From Mobula hypostoma (taxonomy: Eukaryota), in assembly GCF_963921235.1 (NCBI RefSeq), contig NC_086108.1:68698001-68762000 (forward strand): 64,000 nucleotides of DNA. The letters run 5' to 3'. Shown piece by piece: positions 1-13,439 of this stretch. The number at the start of each line of letters is the position of its first letter. Position 1 is the stretch's first letter. Under the pieces are notes generated by a model. It was given only the letters and a program-made list of their open reading frames with translations, ran no database searches and was not told the DNA's origin. Both the position numbers and the translations under genes were made by a program.

Positions 1-575
1 TCCGAGGGAGGAGTTGTAAAGTTTGTTGGCCACAGGCAGGAATGACTTCCTATGACGCTCAGTGTTGCACCTCGGTGGAATGTGTCTCCGACTGAATGTA
101 CTCCTGTGCCCACCCAGTAGTATGTAGTGGATGGGAGACATTGACTAAGATGGCAAGCAACTTAGACAGCATCCTCCTTTCAGACACCACCGTGAGAGAG
201 TCCAGTTCCATCCCTACAAAATCACTGGCCAATTTGTATCCCCAGGTATTTGTAATCCTCCACCATGTCCACACTGACCCCCTGGATGGAAACAGGGGTC
301 ACCGGTACCTTAGCTCTCCTCAGGTCTACCACCAGCTCTTTAGTCTTTTTCACATTAAGCTGCAGATAATTCTGCTCACACCATGTGACAAAGTTTCCTA
401 CCGTAGCCCTGTACTCAGCCTCATCTCCCTTGCTGATGCATCCAACTATGGCAGAGTCATCCGAAAACTTCTGAAGATGACAACACTCCGTGCAGTAGTT
501 GAAGTCCGAGGTGTAAAAGGTGAAGAGAAAGGGAGACAAGACAGTCCCCTGTGGAGCCCCAGTGCACTCTGTTGG
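1..575 (-). mobile_element. Rex1/Babar-type LINE reverse transcriptase fragment
   Basis: ORF 222-671 contains GAPQGTVLSPFLF, KFSDDSAIVG, LNVKKTKELVVD and YKYLG RT motifs. Confidence 0.85.
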
Positions 576-689
576 ACACACAGTGTTGCAAGCACACGTA
601 CTGTGGTCTGCCAGTTTTGTACGGTCAATAAGGCTGGTTTTCCCATTGATATTTCCAGTGCCTAGGTTCATTCCTTATTATTTTCTTTT

Positions 690-958
690 TAGCAGTTGGA
701 TACAACTGAGTGGCTTACTCGGCCATTTCAGAGGGCATTTAAGAGTCAACAACATCACATATAGGTCAGACCACGTAGGATTCCTCCCCTAAAAAACAGT
801 AGTGAACCACATGTTTTTTTTACGACAATCGACATGATTTCATGGTCATCAGATACTTGTATTGAATTCACTATCTGCAATGGTGGGATTCAAACCCATG
901 TCCCCAGCATATAACCGGGTCTCCGGATTACTGATCCAGCAGTGATTACCATATGCCA
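690..958 (-). mobile_element. tRNA-headed SINE remnant
   Basis: The minus strand starts tggcatatggtaatcactgctggatcagtaatccggagacc...catgggtttgaatcccacc, with pol III A/B-box-like spacing, followed by a SINE-like body. Confidence 0.6.
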
Positions 959-2023
959 AATCCCTCCTTGGTGATGGAAATGGCTTTGCCTAGGAAGCTA
1001 ACAACAATAAATATCGCTCCAGAGATGACTGGTGAATGCAGACCAAAATAAATGCACAGGAGAACTAAGGAGTTCATATGATTATAGATTTCACTGAATT
1101 GAAATCTTCTCCAAGCTCTCCTCTTAAGCTGTGCTAACAGAAGATGCTTTGCACTGTAAGGTGCTGAATAGATAACTGTAAACTATAAACCAAGCACTTT
1201 TATGCAAGAATGAGGCTCCACAGATAATCTTCAAAGCATCATTGATGAATTTTTGTATTTGGAATGACCTATTTTCTTAACTGCTGTTCTGGTTTGCCAC
1301 TGGTCTCCATTACACAGTTACCAAATCTGAGCATTTACAGCAAAAGTGTTACTCCATCCTTTTCCTCATATCCTTGACTGTTGATCTACAAACTTTAGAT
1401 AAGAAAGCACAGGAAGAAGCAATTTTCATTTTTAAAATTAATATTTTTAAAGTGTTGTTTTGTAGTTTTGAATCACTTCTTGAAAAAGAAACAAAAAGAT
1501 TGTTTGATCTTATTTTTAAACCATTCTTCATTGTTTCAAGAGACTATTAGAATAATGCTAAGTCCCACTGCATTTTAGCTCCTCAGATCTGTGAAAAGGG
1601 CTTTGCTGGTTATCAAAGCTTTCTGGGACATTTTGAATTGGGATTTCGAGAAGTACCATCAAAGATGCTCTCGTCAATTCAAAAGCTACTAAACCACACA
1701 CCCATAAGACTTATAAGATTGTAAAAAAGTACTAACATTTACCAATTCAAAAGAACAAAAAAATGCAGGTAAATTCAATTGATATGAACATTACCATTTA
1801 GCTGATAATTATCCTTGCCTGTTACAACCATGAATGTGGTTCCCATACTATGAGTCCAGTATCAAAACACAGTTAGAAAAAGGGTGGCAAAAAGCGGCCA
1901 GCAAGTTTAAACTTTGAACATTTCTGCAAAGCCCTTTTCATAATTCTGCAACACTGGCTTTGATATTTCCATATTGAAATTATATTAAGTTAAAGTGCAT
2001 AAAAGATTATATGGTACACTTAC

Positions 2024-2239
2024 ATCTCTTCTGGGGAAGGTGCTCAGCAGTTTATACTCATCTTTTGGGAAGCCTTTGGAAGCCACAAAATCAAAGACAA
2101 CTTGGAGTTTGTTGCTTGCTAAGAAACGTCGTTCAAAGAATTCCCCACGTGGTGTTCTGATTCGTAGCTTACTGACAAGTTCATTGCTCTCCTCTCTTGG
2201 CTCTGGAGGTAATGACTGCTCAAGGGACAATCGAATAGC
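2024..2239 (-). CDS. FAF1: FAF1 exon (UBX domain, 216 bp)
   Basis: Acceptor ttatccag|GCT ATT; donor AGA GAT|gtaagt. Encodes AIRLSLEQSLPPEPREESNELVSKLRIRTPRGEFFERRFLASNKLQVVFDFVASKGFPKDEYKLLSTFPRRD, including the UBX R...FPR motif. Confidence 0.96.
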
Positions 2240-2551
2240 CTGGATAAATAACAAGATATAACAGAACTTTCTATGAGTAAGTTCTCATAGAAATTAAGTG
2301 CAGAGATCAGTTTTCCACCAAACTTCAGCAAAAATAATAACTTCCCTTTGCCCATTTCAATTATTGGACTTGTAATACAGGTAGTCAATAGGACAACACA
2401 CAGAAAAGATTTACTATATTAATGGAAAATACAATGGATTGTAACAATTTTCTCATTTATTTTCACCATTTTTATATGAAGTGTTGAAATCTGAAGCAGT
2501 TTTAATCTGTTGATGTTTACATTTATTAAGTTGATCTTCAAATCCAGATAA

Positions 2552-3344
2552 CATTGGACAACAAATTTTTGCGAAAGAGTTGCTTCCTCAGAAATTTTTT
2601 TGTTCATGCTAGACAGCTTGAAGCTGAACACAAATATAATTTCAGACTACTTGTATCATGTAGGAGCTTCGAGAAACAAGAAAATAAATTTTATTGAATA
2701 TAATGCATTTAATTGCATAATGGTGCTGATGCTTTGCAATAGTTCAGCTAAGCTAAAAATGTTTTGTTGATGATATTCGTTTGTTCTTGGTGTCTGAGGC
2801 TTCTCGCTTGAGTATCCAACAATGATCAGCCAGCACTGATAAGATTCTAGTTACCATGATACCGCTTCTCCATGCCTGCATGTCTTGGTGAAACCTTTCA
2901 CCATGCTTGTTATTGACAGTCCCAAAATTTACAGGGAAGAAGTCTAAATGGGATTGCAGAAAAATAATATTTAGTGACATGTTGCACTCCATGGTTTTCT
3001 ATGCTTGAAGCATGTTGTCAACCAGCTGCACAGTTTCGTGCTCTGTAGTCGCCAAGAAAAGTTTCAACTACATCCTTGAATGGGTTCTATGCAATTTTCT
3101 CCGATTCCACTACATGTTCTTTGAATTGCCTGTCATTGATGACCTGATTGATTTGTGAACCAACAGAAATGACTTCCTTATCTTGGCATCAGTTATTCTG
3201 ACTTGAATTATGAATTGAAATAACAAATGTAGTCCATTTCAAAAATATGGTGCATGATAGGGAATTGTCATGGTGATTTTCATGATCAAAATCTACAAGA
3301 TACATCCAAAAGTGTTCAGGAAGCAAAATCTTTGTTGTCCAGTG
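2552..3344 (-). mobile_element. Chapaev3 (CMC superfamily) DNA transposon, internally deleted
   Basis: Terminal inverted repeats (TIRs) cattggacaacaaa / tttgttgtccagtg; TAA on both flanks (2549-2551, 3345-3347). Transposase C-terminal remnant CNMSLNIIFLQSHLDFFPVNFGTVNNKHGERFHQD...LADHCWILKR. Confidence 0.8.
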
Positions 3345-4393
3345 TAATCAATGTAGTTATAGTGCCTATAAAAAGTATTTACCCTCCTTGGAAGTTTTCA
3401 AGTTTTACTGTTTTACAACATTGAATCACAGTGGCTTTAATTTGGCTTTTTTTGATGCTGATCAATAGAAGAGACTAATGTCAAAGTGAAAACAAATGTC
3501 TACAAATTGGTCTAAATTTATTACAATTATTAAACACAAAATAATTGATTGCATAATCACACCCTTCAAGCCAGTATTTAGCATATGCACCTTTGGTAGC
3601 AATTACAGCCTCGAGTCTGTGTGCATATCTGGACACTGCAATTTTCCCCCATTCTTCTTTAGAAAACTGCTCAAGCTCTGTTAGATTGCAAGAGAATCAT
3701 AAGTGAACAGCCTTTTTCAAGTCCAGTCACAAATTCTCAATTGGATTGAGGGCTGGACTCTAACTTGGCCACTCCAGGACATTAACGTTGTTGTTTTAAA
3801 CCATTCCTGTGTAGCTTTGGTTTTATGCTTGGGGTCATTGTCTTGCTGGAAAACAAATCTCCTCCCAAGTCACAATTCTCTTGCAGACTGCATCAGGTTT
3901 TCCTCCAAGATTTCCATGTATTTTGCTGCAGTCATTTTACCCTCTATCTTCACAAGCCTTTCAGGGCCTGCTGCAGTGACACATCCCCACAGCATGATGC
4001 AGCCACCACCGTGCTTCACGGCAGGGATGGTGTGTTTTTGATGATATGCAGTGTTTGGCTTACACCAAACACAGCATTTAGTCTGATGGTCAAAAAGCTC
4101 AATTTTGGTTTCATCAGACCATAGAACCTTCTTCCAGCCGACTTCAGAGTCTGCCACATACTCTTAGGGAAACTCTAGCCGAGATTTCACGTGAATTTTT
4201 TTCAATAGTGGCTTTCTCTTTGGCACTCTCACATAAAGCTGCAACTGGTGAAGCACCTGGGCAACAGTTGTTGTATGTGCACTCTCTCCCATCTCAGCCA
4301 CTGAAGCTTGCAACTCCTCCACAGTTGTCATAGGTCTCTTGGTGACCTCCCTCACTGGTCCCCTTCTTGCACAGTCACTCAGTTTTTGAGGAC

Positions 4394-7300
4394 CATAAGA
4401 CATAGACGCAGATTAGGCCATTCAGCTGATCGAGTCTGCACCGCCATTCCATCATGGCTGATCCCGGATCCCACTCAACCCCACACACCCGCCTTCTCGC
4501 CATATCCTTGGGTGCCCTGACCAATCAGGAAATAATCAACTTCCACCTTAAATATACCCATGGACCTGGACTCCAGGGCAGTCTGTGGCAGAGCATTTAA
4601 CAGATTTACTACTCTCTACCTAAAAAAAATCCTCCTTACCTCTGCTCTGGAGGGTCACCCCTCAATTTTGAGGCTGCGCCCTCTAGTTCTGGATACCCCC
4701 ATCATAGGAAACATCCTCTCCACATCCACCCTATCTAGTCCTAGCCGGTATGTTTCAGTGAGATCCCCCTGCATTCTTCTAAATTCCAGTGAGTATAGGC
4801 TCAAAGTTGCCAAGCACTCCTCATATATTAACCCCTTCATTCCTGGGACTATCCTTGTTAACCTCCTCTGGACTCTCTCCAATGACAACACATCCCTTCT
4901 GAGATATGGGGCCCAAAACTGTTGACAATACTTCAAGTGCAACCTAACTTATGTCTTATAAAGGCACAGCATCATCTCCTTGCTTTTATATTCTATTCCC
5001 CTTGAAAAAAATGTCAACATTGCATTTGCCTTCTTTACCACGGATTCGACCTGTAAATTAATCTTCTGGGAGTCTTGCACAAGGACTCCGAAGTCCCTCT
5101 GCAGCTCTGATGTTTGAACCTTCTCCTCATTTAGATAATAGTCCACACTATTGTTCCTTTCACCAAAATGTATTTTCATACATTTCCCAACACTGCATTC
5201 CATCTGCTACTTATTTTGCCCATTCTTCTAATTTGTCTAAGTCCTGCTGCAATTGCATTGTTTCCTCAGCACCACCCACCCCTCCACCTATCTTCGTATC
5301 ATCCGCAAACTTGGCCACAAAGCCATCAATTCCATTATCTAAATCATTGACAAACAATGTGAAAAGCAGCAGTCCCAATATTGACTTCTGAGGAACACCA
5401 CCAGCAGCCAACCAGAAAAGGCCCCTTTTATTCCCACTCACTGCCTCCTGCCTGTCAGTCATTCCGCTATCCATACCAGTATCTTTTCTGTAATGCCATA
5501 AGATTTTATCCTGTTAAACACCCTCATATATGGCACCTTATCAAACGCCTTCTGAAAATCTAAGTTAATGACATCCACTGCCTTTCCTTTGTCCATCTTG
5601 CTTGTTACTTCCTCAAAGAACTGTAACAGGTTTGTCAGGCAAGATTTCCCTTTACAGAAACCATGCTGGCTTTGACTTATTTTATCATTAGTCTCCAAGT
5701 ACCTCAAAACCTCATCCTTATTAATACACTCCAACACTTTCCCAACCACTGAGGTTAGGCTAACTGGTCTACAATTTCCTTTCTTTTGCCTTCCTCCCTT
5801 CTTGAAGAGCGGAGTGACATTTGCAATCTTCCAGTCCTCTTGGGCCATGCCAGAATCAAGTGATTCTTGAAAGATCATAACCAATGCATCCATTAACTCT
5901 TCAGCAACCTCTCTGCGGACTCTGGAATGTAGTCCATCTGGCCCAGGTGACCTATCTACCTTAAGACCTTAGAGCTTGCCTTACACTTCTGCCTTTGTAA
6001 TAGCAATGGCACTGACTACTGCTCCTTGACACTCATGTTCCTCTGGTACATGGCTAGTGTCTTCCACGGTGAAGACTATTAAGTTCATCTGCCATTTCTT
6101 TGTTCCCCATTACTACCGCACCAGCATCATTTTCTGGTGATCCAATATCAACTCCATTTTACTCTTTATAAAACTGAAAAAACTTTTGGTATCCTGCTTT
6201 ATATTATTGCTTAGTCTGCCCTCATATTTCATCTGTTCACTTACAGCTTTTTTCAGTTGCCTTTTGTTGAATTTTAAAAACTTCCAAATCATCCCACTTC
6301 CCACTCCTTATATGCCCTTTCCTTGGCTTTTACGCAGTTCTTAACTTCCTTTGTCAGCCACAGTTGCCTATTCCTGCCATTTGCGAACTTCGTCCTCTGT
6401 GGGACATAACTATCCTACGTCTTGTGAACTATTCCCAGAAATGTCAGCCATCTCTGCTGTGCTGTCATCCCTGCCAGTATCCCCCTCCAATCCACCTGGG
6501 CAAGTTCCTTCCTCATGCCTCTGTAATTCCCTTTATTCCATTGTGATACTGATACAAGTGACTTATGCTTCTCCCTCCCAAATTGCAGTATGAATTCAAT
6601 CATATTATGATCACTGCTTCCTAAGGGTTCCTTTACATTAAGCTCCCTAATAAGATCTGGGTTATTACACAACGACCAAGCTAAGATAGTCTTTCCCTGA
6701 GCAGGGTCCAGCACAAGCTGCCCTAAAAAGCTGTCTCGTAGGTATTCAACAAATTCCTTCTCTTGTGATCTGACACAACCTAACTTCTCCCATCCCCTTG
6801 CATATTGAAGTCTCCCATTACAATCGTGTCATTACTCCCATTACATGCCTTTTCTAGCTCCCTTTGCAATCTCGACCGCACATCCTGGCTACTATTTGGA
6901 GGCCTGTATATGATTCCCACAATGGTTTTTTTGACCCTTGCAATTTTTTAACTCTACCCACAAAGATTCAACATTCTCTGACCCTATGGTACTTCTTTCT
7001 AAAGATGTAACTCTATCTCTTACCAACAGAGCCACACCACTGCCTTTGCCTTCCTGCCTGTCCTTTCAATACAAAGTATATCCTTTAATGTTAAGCTCCA
7101 ACTATGGTCTTCTTTCAGCCACGACTCAGTGATGCCCACAAAGTCATACTGCTCAATCTCTAACTGCGCCATGGGTTCGTCCACCTTAGACTGAATGCTA
7201 CGCGCATTTAAATACAGTTCCTTCAGTCCTGTGCGCTTTTGAATTTTGTCTTTGTGGTACAATTTAACTCTTTGCTTTACCTGCATTTGTACCCAATCAT

Positions 7301-8046
7301 TGGCTTGACCTTCCTTACGTTCATGTTACACCTATTATCTACTTGTACACCTGTTGGCTCATCCTCAGCTCTATCATCCTGTTTCCCATACCCCTGCCAT
7401 ATTAGTTTAAACCGCTCCCAACAGCTCTAGTAAATCTGTCCACAAGAATATTGGCCCCATTTGGATTCAGGTGCAATCTGTCCCTTTTGTAAAGGTCACA
7501 CCTACCCCAGAAGAGGTCCCAATTATCCAGAAATCTGAATCTCTGCCCCCTACTCCAATTTTTCAGCCATACATTTATCTGCCACTTCATTCTATTCCCA
7601 TCCTCACTGTCGCATGACACAGGCAGCAATCCCAGGATTATTACCCTTGAGGTCCTGCTTCTCAGCTTCTTTCCTAACTCCCTTTATTCTTTTTTCAGGA
7701 CCTCCTCCCTTTCTCCTATGTTATTGGTACCAATATGTACCATGACCTCTGGCTGCTCACCCCCGCCCCCCCCCTTTCAGGATATTGTGGACGCGTCCAG
7801 AAACATCTCGGTCCTTGGCACCTGGGAGGTAAACTACTATCCGTGTTTCCTTTTTGCATCCACAGAATCGCCTATCTATCCCCCTGACTAGAGTCCCCTA
7901 TCACTGCTGCCATCCTCTTCAGTCCCTACCTGTCGGAGCACAGCACCAGACTCAATGCCAGAGGCACATCCATTGTTGATTCCCCCAGGCAGGTCGTTCC
8001 CCCATAACAGTGTTCAAAATGGAGTACTTATTGTTGAAGGGGATGG
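4394..8046 (-). mobile_element. CR1 LINE with ORF1 esterase remnant, endonuclease and RT; decayed; nested in Tc1
   Basis: ORF1 SGNH-like FRFLDNWDLFWGRCDLYKRDRLHLN; EN LYLNARSI and GITESWL; RT HGFCKGKSCLTNL, LDFQKAFDKVP and KFADDTKIGG. Flanked by a GAGGAC duplication (4388-4393 / 8047-8052). Confidence 0.92.
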
Positions 8047-8470
8047 GAGGACGGCCTGCTCTAGGCAGGTTTCCAGCTATGCCATATTCTTTCTATTTTT
8101 TGATTTTTGACTTAATTGTACCTCAAGGGATATTCAGTGACTTGGAAATTTTCTTGTATCCATCTCTTGACTTGTGATTATTTTCAATAATCTTTTCACA
8201 GAGTTGCTTAGAGTGTTCTTTTGTCTTCATGGTATAGTTTTTGCCAGGATACTGACTCACCAGCATTTGGACCTTCCAGATACAGGTGTATTTTTACTAC
8301 AATCAATTGAAACACCTTGACTGCACACAGGTGATCTCCATTTAGCTAATTATGTGGCTTCTAAAACCAATTGGCTGCACCAGTGATGATTTAGTGTGTC
8401 ATATTAAAGAAGGGGAGAGGGCAGGTGAATACTTATGCAATCAATTATTTTGTGTTTTCTATTTGTAATT

Positions 8471-9643
8471 AGTGTAGTGTAGTGTATATGGATTTCAGCA
8501 AGGCATTTGACAAGGTATCCTGTGCAAGGCTTATTGAGAAAGTAAGGAGGCATGGGATCCAAGCGGACATTGCTTTGTGGATCCAGAATTGGCCTGCCCT
8601 CAGAAGGCAAAGAGTGGTTGTAGATGGGTCATATTCTGCATGGAGGTCAGTCACCAGTTGTGTGCCTCAGGGATCTGTTCTGGGACCCCTATTCTTCGTG
8701 ATTTTTATAAATGATCTGGATGAGGAAGTGGAGGGATAGGTTAGTAAATTTGCTGATGACAGAAAGGTGTTGTGGATAGTGTGGAGGGCTGTCAGAGATT
8801 ACAGCGGGACATTGATACGATGCAAAACTGGGCTGAGAAGTGGCAGATGGAGTACAAGCCAGATAAGTGTGAGGTGGTTCATTTTGGTAGATCAAATATG
8901 ATGACAGAATATAGTATTAATAGTAAGACTCTTGGCAGTGTGGAGGGTCAGAGGGATCTTGGGGTCTGAGTCCATTGGACACTCAAAGCTGCTGCGCAGG
9001 TTGACTCTGTGGTTAAGAAAGCATATGGTGCATTGGCCTTCATCAATCGTGGGATTGAGTTCAGGAGCCGAGAGATAATGTTGCAACTATATAGGACCCT
9101 GGTCAGACCCCACTTGGAATACTGTGCTCAGTTCTGGCCGCTTCACTATAGGAAGGACGTGAAAACCATAGGAAGGGTACAGAGGAGATTTACAAGGATG
9201 GTGCCTGGATTGGGGAGCATGCCTTATGAGAATAGGTTGATGAACTTGGCCTTCTTTCCTTGGAGCAACGGAGGATGAGAGGTGACCTGATAGAGGTGCC
9301 TAAGATGATGAGAGGCATTGATCGTGTGGATAGTCAGAGACTTTTTCCCAGGGCTAAAATGGCTAGCACGAGAGGGCACAGTTTTAAAGTGCTTGGAAGT
9401 AGGTACAGAGGAAATATCGGGGTAAGTTTTTTACGCAGAGAGTGGTGAGTGCATGGAATGGGCTGCCGGCGACGGTCATGGAGGCAGATATGACAGGGTC
9501 TTTTAAGAGACTCCTGGACAGGTATATGCTCCGGAAAATAGAGGGCTATGGGTAACCCTAGGTAATTTCTCAGGTAAGGGCATGTTCGGCACAGCTTTGT
9601 GGGCCGAAGGGCCTGTATTGTGCTGTAGGTTCTCTATGTTTCT
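8471..9643 (+). mobile_element. CR1 LINE 3' fragment inserted in the right TIR of the Tc1
   Basis: [32 protein letters not shown]; 3' end gggccgaagggcctg...ttctctatgtttcta. Confidence 0.92.
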
Positions 9644-10854
9644 AATTAATTTAGTTCACTCTGTAGGGATCTGTTTTCACTATGACATGAAATAGTCTTT
9701 TCTGGTTGATCAGTGTAAAAAACACATTAAATCCACTGATCCAATGTTGTAAAACAATAAAATATGAAAACTTCTGGGGGGTGGGGGGGAATACTTTTTC
9801 TAGGCACTGGATGTATTAAATTATCAAAATTGCAACAATCGTTCCTAACAGCCGATGAAATTTTTTTGGCAAATACTTCAAAATTATAATAACTTGTATT
9901 ATACTGAAGTTTCTGCAATTAAATATACAAATAAATATTTCTTCAGTGTTTAGCTGCAAATTATACAGATGTGTGTGTTAATTTGTTTCTGATCTTACAT
10001 TTTGTGTAAAACTTATTTGTATAGTCCTATATTTATATTTTATAAACTTTTCTTTAAAATGTAAAAGAAAATGGATAATCATGAGAGTTCATGAATTTAT
10101 GAGTATTTTGTTTAGCTGATTATCTTCTTTTCTGCTCTAAGTTTACCCTAATTTCATACTCACCATATAAAATTAGTATTTAAAGAGTTATTTTCCTTTG
10201 GTTTTCAATCATTCTGTATTACATATCCAACTGTTGCCAGAGTTAGCTTCCAACAACATCCTGAACCCGACTAAGCAAGTGAAGTGAGTTGAATGTGCAG
10301 CACTTGTTTGTAAGTGGAATTAACCTGTTGCATGAGGACATTAATCTCTGGCCCTGATTTTCCACTCCAGCATTACCTTAGCCAACTACTGAGATTTTGT
10401 TCCAGCATGCCCTGCTTCCTCTGGCATCTACATTCGCTTCAGGTCAATAAACCCTGAAGTCTGGCTGTCTTCTCTTTCTTGCTCCATTGCATATTTCTTG
10501 GAAAAGCCGCACCAGCTTCATTTACTATTCCATTTTTCCCCACATTGAGGTGTCCCGACCACTTTATAAAAATAGGATTTCTACAGACTTCATCTTTTAA
10601 CCTTTCTCTGCAAAGGCCAATAGCTTAGCTTGTTCTGCAGTGTTAAAAATGTACAATATATTAAGACCACTAATCTAAGCAGCTATTCCTGAACTAGTAC
10701 TTGGATCCACAACAAATATACTGAGCACACACAAGAACTAGGAAAGCATCATTTTTCCTATCTTCTCTACCACAACATCTAATCCTTCCATTTTCCCTGC
10801 TCTCCTCTTCTCAATGCTTCTCCTCACCCCCAGTTTCCCCCTTTAATCCCTTTG

Positions 10855-11750
10855 TAGTTTGCAGATGATCTAAAGATAGAAGGAGGGGCAGGTATATAGT
10901 GTTGAGGAAGCAGTGAATCAGCAGAAGGGCTTAGACAGATTAGAAGAATGGGCAAACTAGTTGCAGATGGAATATAGTGTAGGGAAGTGTAAAGTCATGC
11001 ACTTTGGTAGAAGGAATAAATATTTTCTAAATGGGGAGAAAATTCAAAAATCAGAGGTGCAATGGGACTGGGGAGTCCTTGTACAGGATTCCCTAAAGAT
11101 TAACTTGCTAGTTAAATTGGTGCTAAGGAAGGCAAGTGCAATGCTAGTATTCATTTTGAGAGTACTAGAATATAAAAGCAAGGATATAATGCTGAGGTTA
11201 TACAAGGCATTGGTCAGACTGCACTTGGAATACTGTGAGCAGTTTTGGGCCCCTTATCTATGAAAAGATGTGCTGGTGTTGGAGATACTCCAGAGGAGGA
11301 ATGAAAGGAGTAATACATGAGGAGCATTTGATGGTTTTGGATCTATACTTGCTGGAGTTTACAAGAATGTGTGTGTGGGGGGTGGGGGAATTTCACTGAA
11401 ACCTATCAAATATTGAAAAGCCTAAATACAGTGAATGTGGAGAGGATGTTCCCTATAGTGGGCAAGAGCAGGACCAGAGGGCACAGACTCAGAAGAGGGA
11501 ATTTAGAACAGAGATGAGGAGGAATTTCTTTAGCCAGAGGGCAGTGAATCTATGGAATTTACTGGTATAGATGGCTTTGAAGGTCAAGAATATATTTAAT
11601 GTGGATGTTAATAGGTTCCTGATTAGTCAGGCATCAAAGGTTATGGGGAGAAGGCAGGAGAATGGGGTTGAAAAGGATAGTAAGTCAGCCATGATGGAAC
11701 GGCGGAGCAGACTCTGTGGGCTGAATTACCTAATTCTGCTCCTATGTTCC
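10855..11750 (+). mobile_element. CR1 3' fragment, decayed
   Basis: FADD remnant, KCKVMHFGRRN, LVRLHLEYCEQFWAPYL; CR1-type tail ctgctcctatgttc. Confidence 0.85.
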
Positions 11751-13439
11751 ACGTGCTATATTACCTCCCGCCTTCACACAGCTCTGTTATTTCTGGTTGC
11801 AACACAGCACAGGCACTTTTTTAAGGATTTACTGCATCAATTCTTAGGCATAGATACATATAATTCTCCCATGAATGCCCAACGCAATCGGTGATACTGA
11901 AGATGGAGCACAGAGCTTTTAGAAGAACAAAAAAAATCAGGTCATTAAATTTCTTTTCTGTTATATATTGTCAGCTCCCCACTTCACTATTCCCGAAGGC
12001 TTCTCAGTATAAGTTAACAAAGAAGGCCTTGTCAAGGGTACAACTTTGTTCTTCAGAACAATTAGATTGATAATGTTAATAATATTAAGGTAGAACAAAT
12101 ATCAAGCTGAGCAAACATCCATTTGGCCAATAGGAAAATAAATAAAAGAAAAATGCTTTATTACTGCATAGACCATCTACTCTACAGCTGTATCTGACAA
12201 AAGCTGCAAATAAATGGACACTATTGTGTGAGAAGCAACAAACTTTTGGTAAGATCCAATCATAAAAAAAAGACTCATTGATACCACACAGCTAAAGCCT
12301 GTTAAAGTGCACTTCTCAAGGCAAACATCTCTTATTGCACTAGCTTTTTAATAAATAAATTCACCTGGCTGTATTTAAATTTTGGCTGTAATGCATCATT
12401 ACAGAAAGTGTGTGGATTTCCAGAACTGAGGGTTCAAGTTTCAAAACTACATTACCTATGACGGTACTTCTAAGCCTGATTGCACATAAATATACCGACT
12501 GAAAAAACATCATTGGTTCATTATCAGAAAAAGTTGTTTTCAATGATCCATCTAACAAAAGGCAATGCAAGCGAACTATTATTTTGTAATCAAGCATTAA
12601 CACAGAACCTAACACCATATACGAACTGATGTAATTTCAATATTTGTTGTTCAGTACTAAACAATGTTGAGGAAGTAGTCATATTCAAGTCGCTATGTAA
12701 CAGCTGCAAAATGAAGTCATCTTTTACTTTTCATGGATGTTAAAAGTAACTGAAAATGAGCACTTTTAAAAATTAAAATCTCCTTGACATTTGAACTTTG
12801 TACTTAAAAAATAATATACAGATGTCTGCCTAAATTGTGCCAATTTGCCCATTGGTGCCCACTGCAGTTAGGATCAACATTGTTTCTCAAGTCACGTTAT
12901 AGTACAGTTGTTGGGTGCTATAAATGAAAAACAGCAACAGCTTCCTGATCTGTTTCTCATGTCACGCAAGTCTGAGATAAATTATGTTTTTACTGTGTGA
13001 AGATCGACTAAAAATCCAGAAACTAAGGACTGAATGCAAGATTTCCTCCTTGAGGATCTGAATGATGCAATCTGAATAATAAACCTCGGCTAACAATGGA
13101 AATGTTAGATTTATAATTGTCTACAAAGTTTTCTGAAATCCATTTGGCCTCCACGCTGACCGCTCTGTGGCATTCTGAATAAAATTACATTTCCACACAG
13201 AAAATCCTTGTTTTTTTTTGGCAGCCACAAACAGAAATACTGAGCACAACAGAAAATCAAGCCATGTTAAAAATGTAAAAAAAAATCACATTTAGGGTTA
13301 AATATTAAATAAGTAGCCACTGAGAGTTTGCTTAATCTTAATACGTGTCATTATAATTGACAGCATACGCAATTTCTTCAGACAGTTTACATTAGAACTG
13401 TAACCAAAATCTCAGTCTCCCACATTTGAGTGAGAACAA

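Larger units (their letters stand above)
3360..9809 (-). mobile_element. Tc1-family transposon (about 200-bp TIRs) split by two CR1 insertions
   Basis: Left end tagtgcctataaaaagtatt, right end aatactttttctaggcactg. Transposase remnants WKKVLWSDETKIELF, HGGGCIMLWGC and QQDNDPKH. Tc1 sequence occupies 3360-4393, 8047-8470 and about 9643-9809. Confidence 0.9.

Noticed and set aside
1..2023. Terminal FAF1 coding exon
   Set aside because: I could not find a minus-strand segment encoding the expected end of the UBX domain; it presumably lies beyond the window start.
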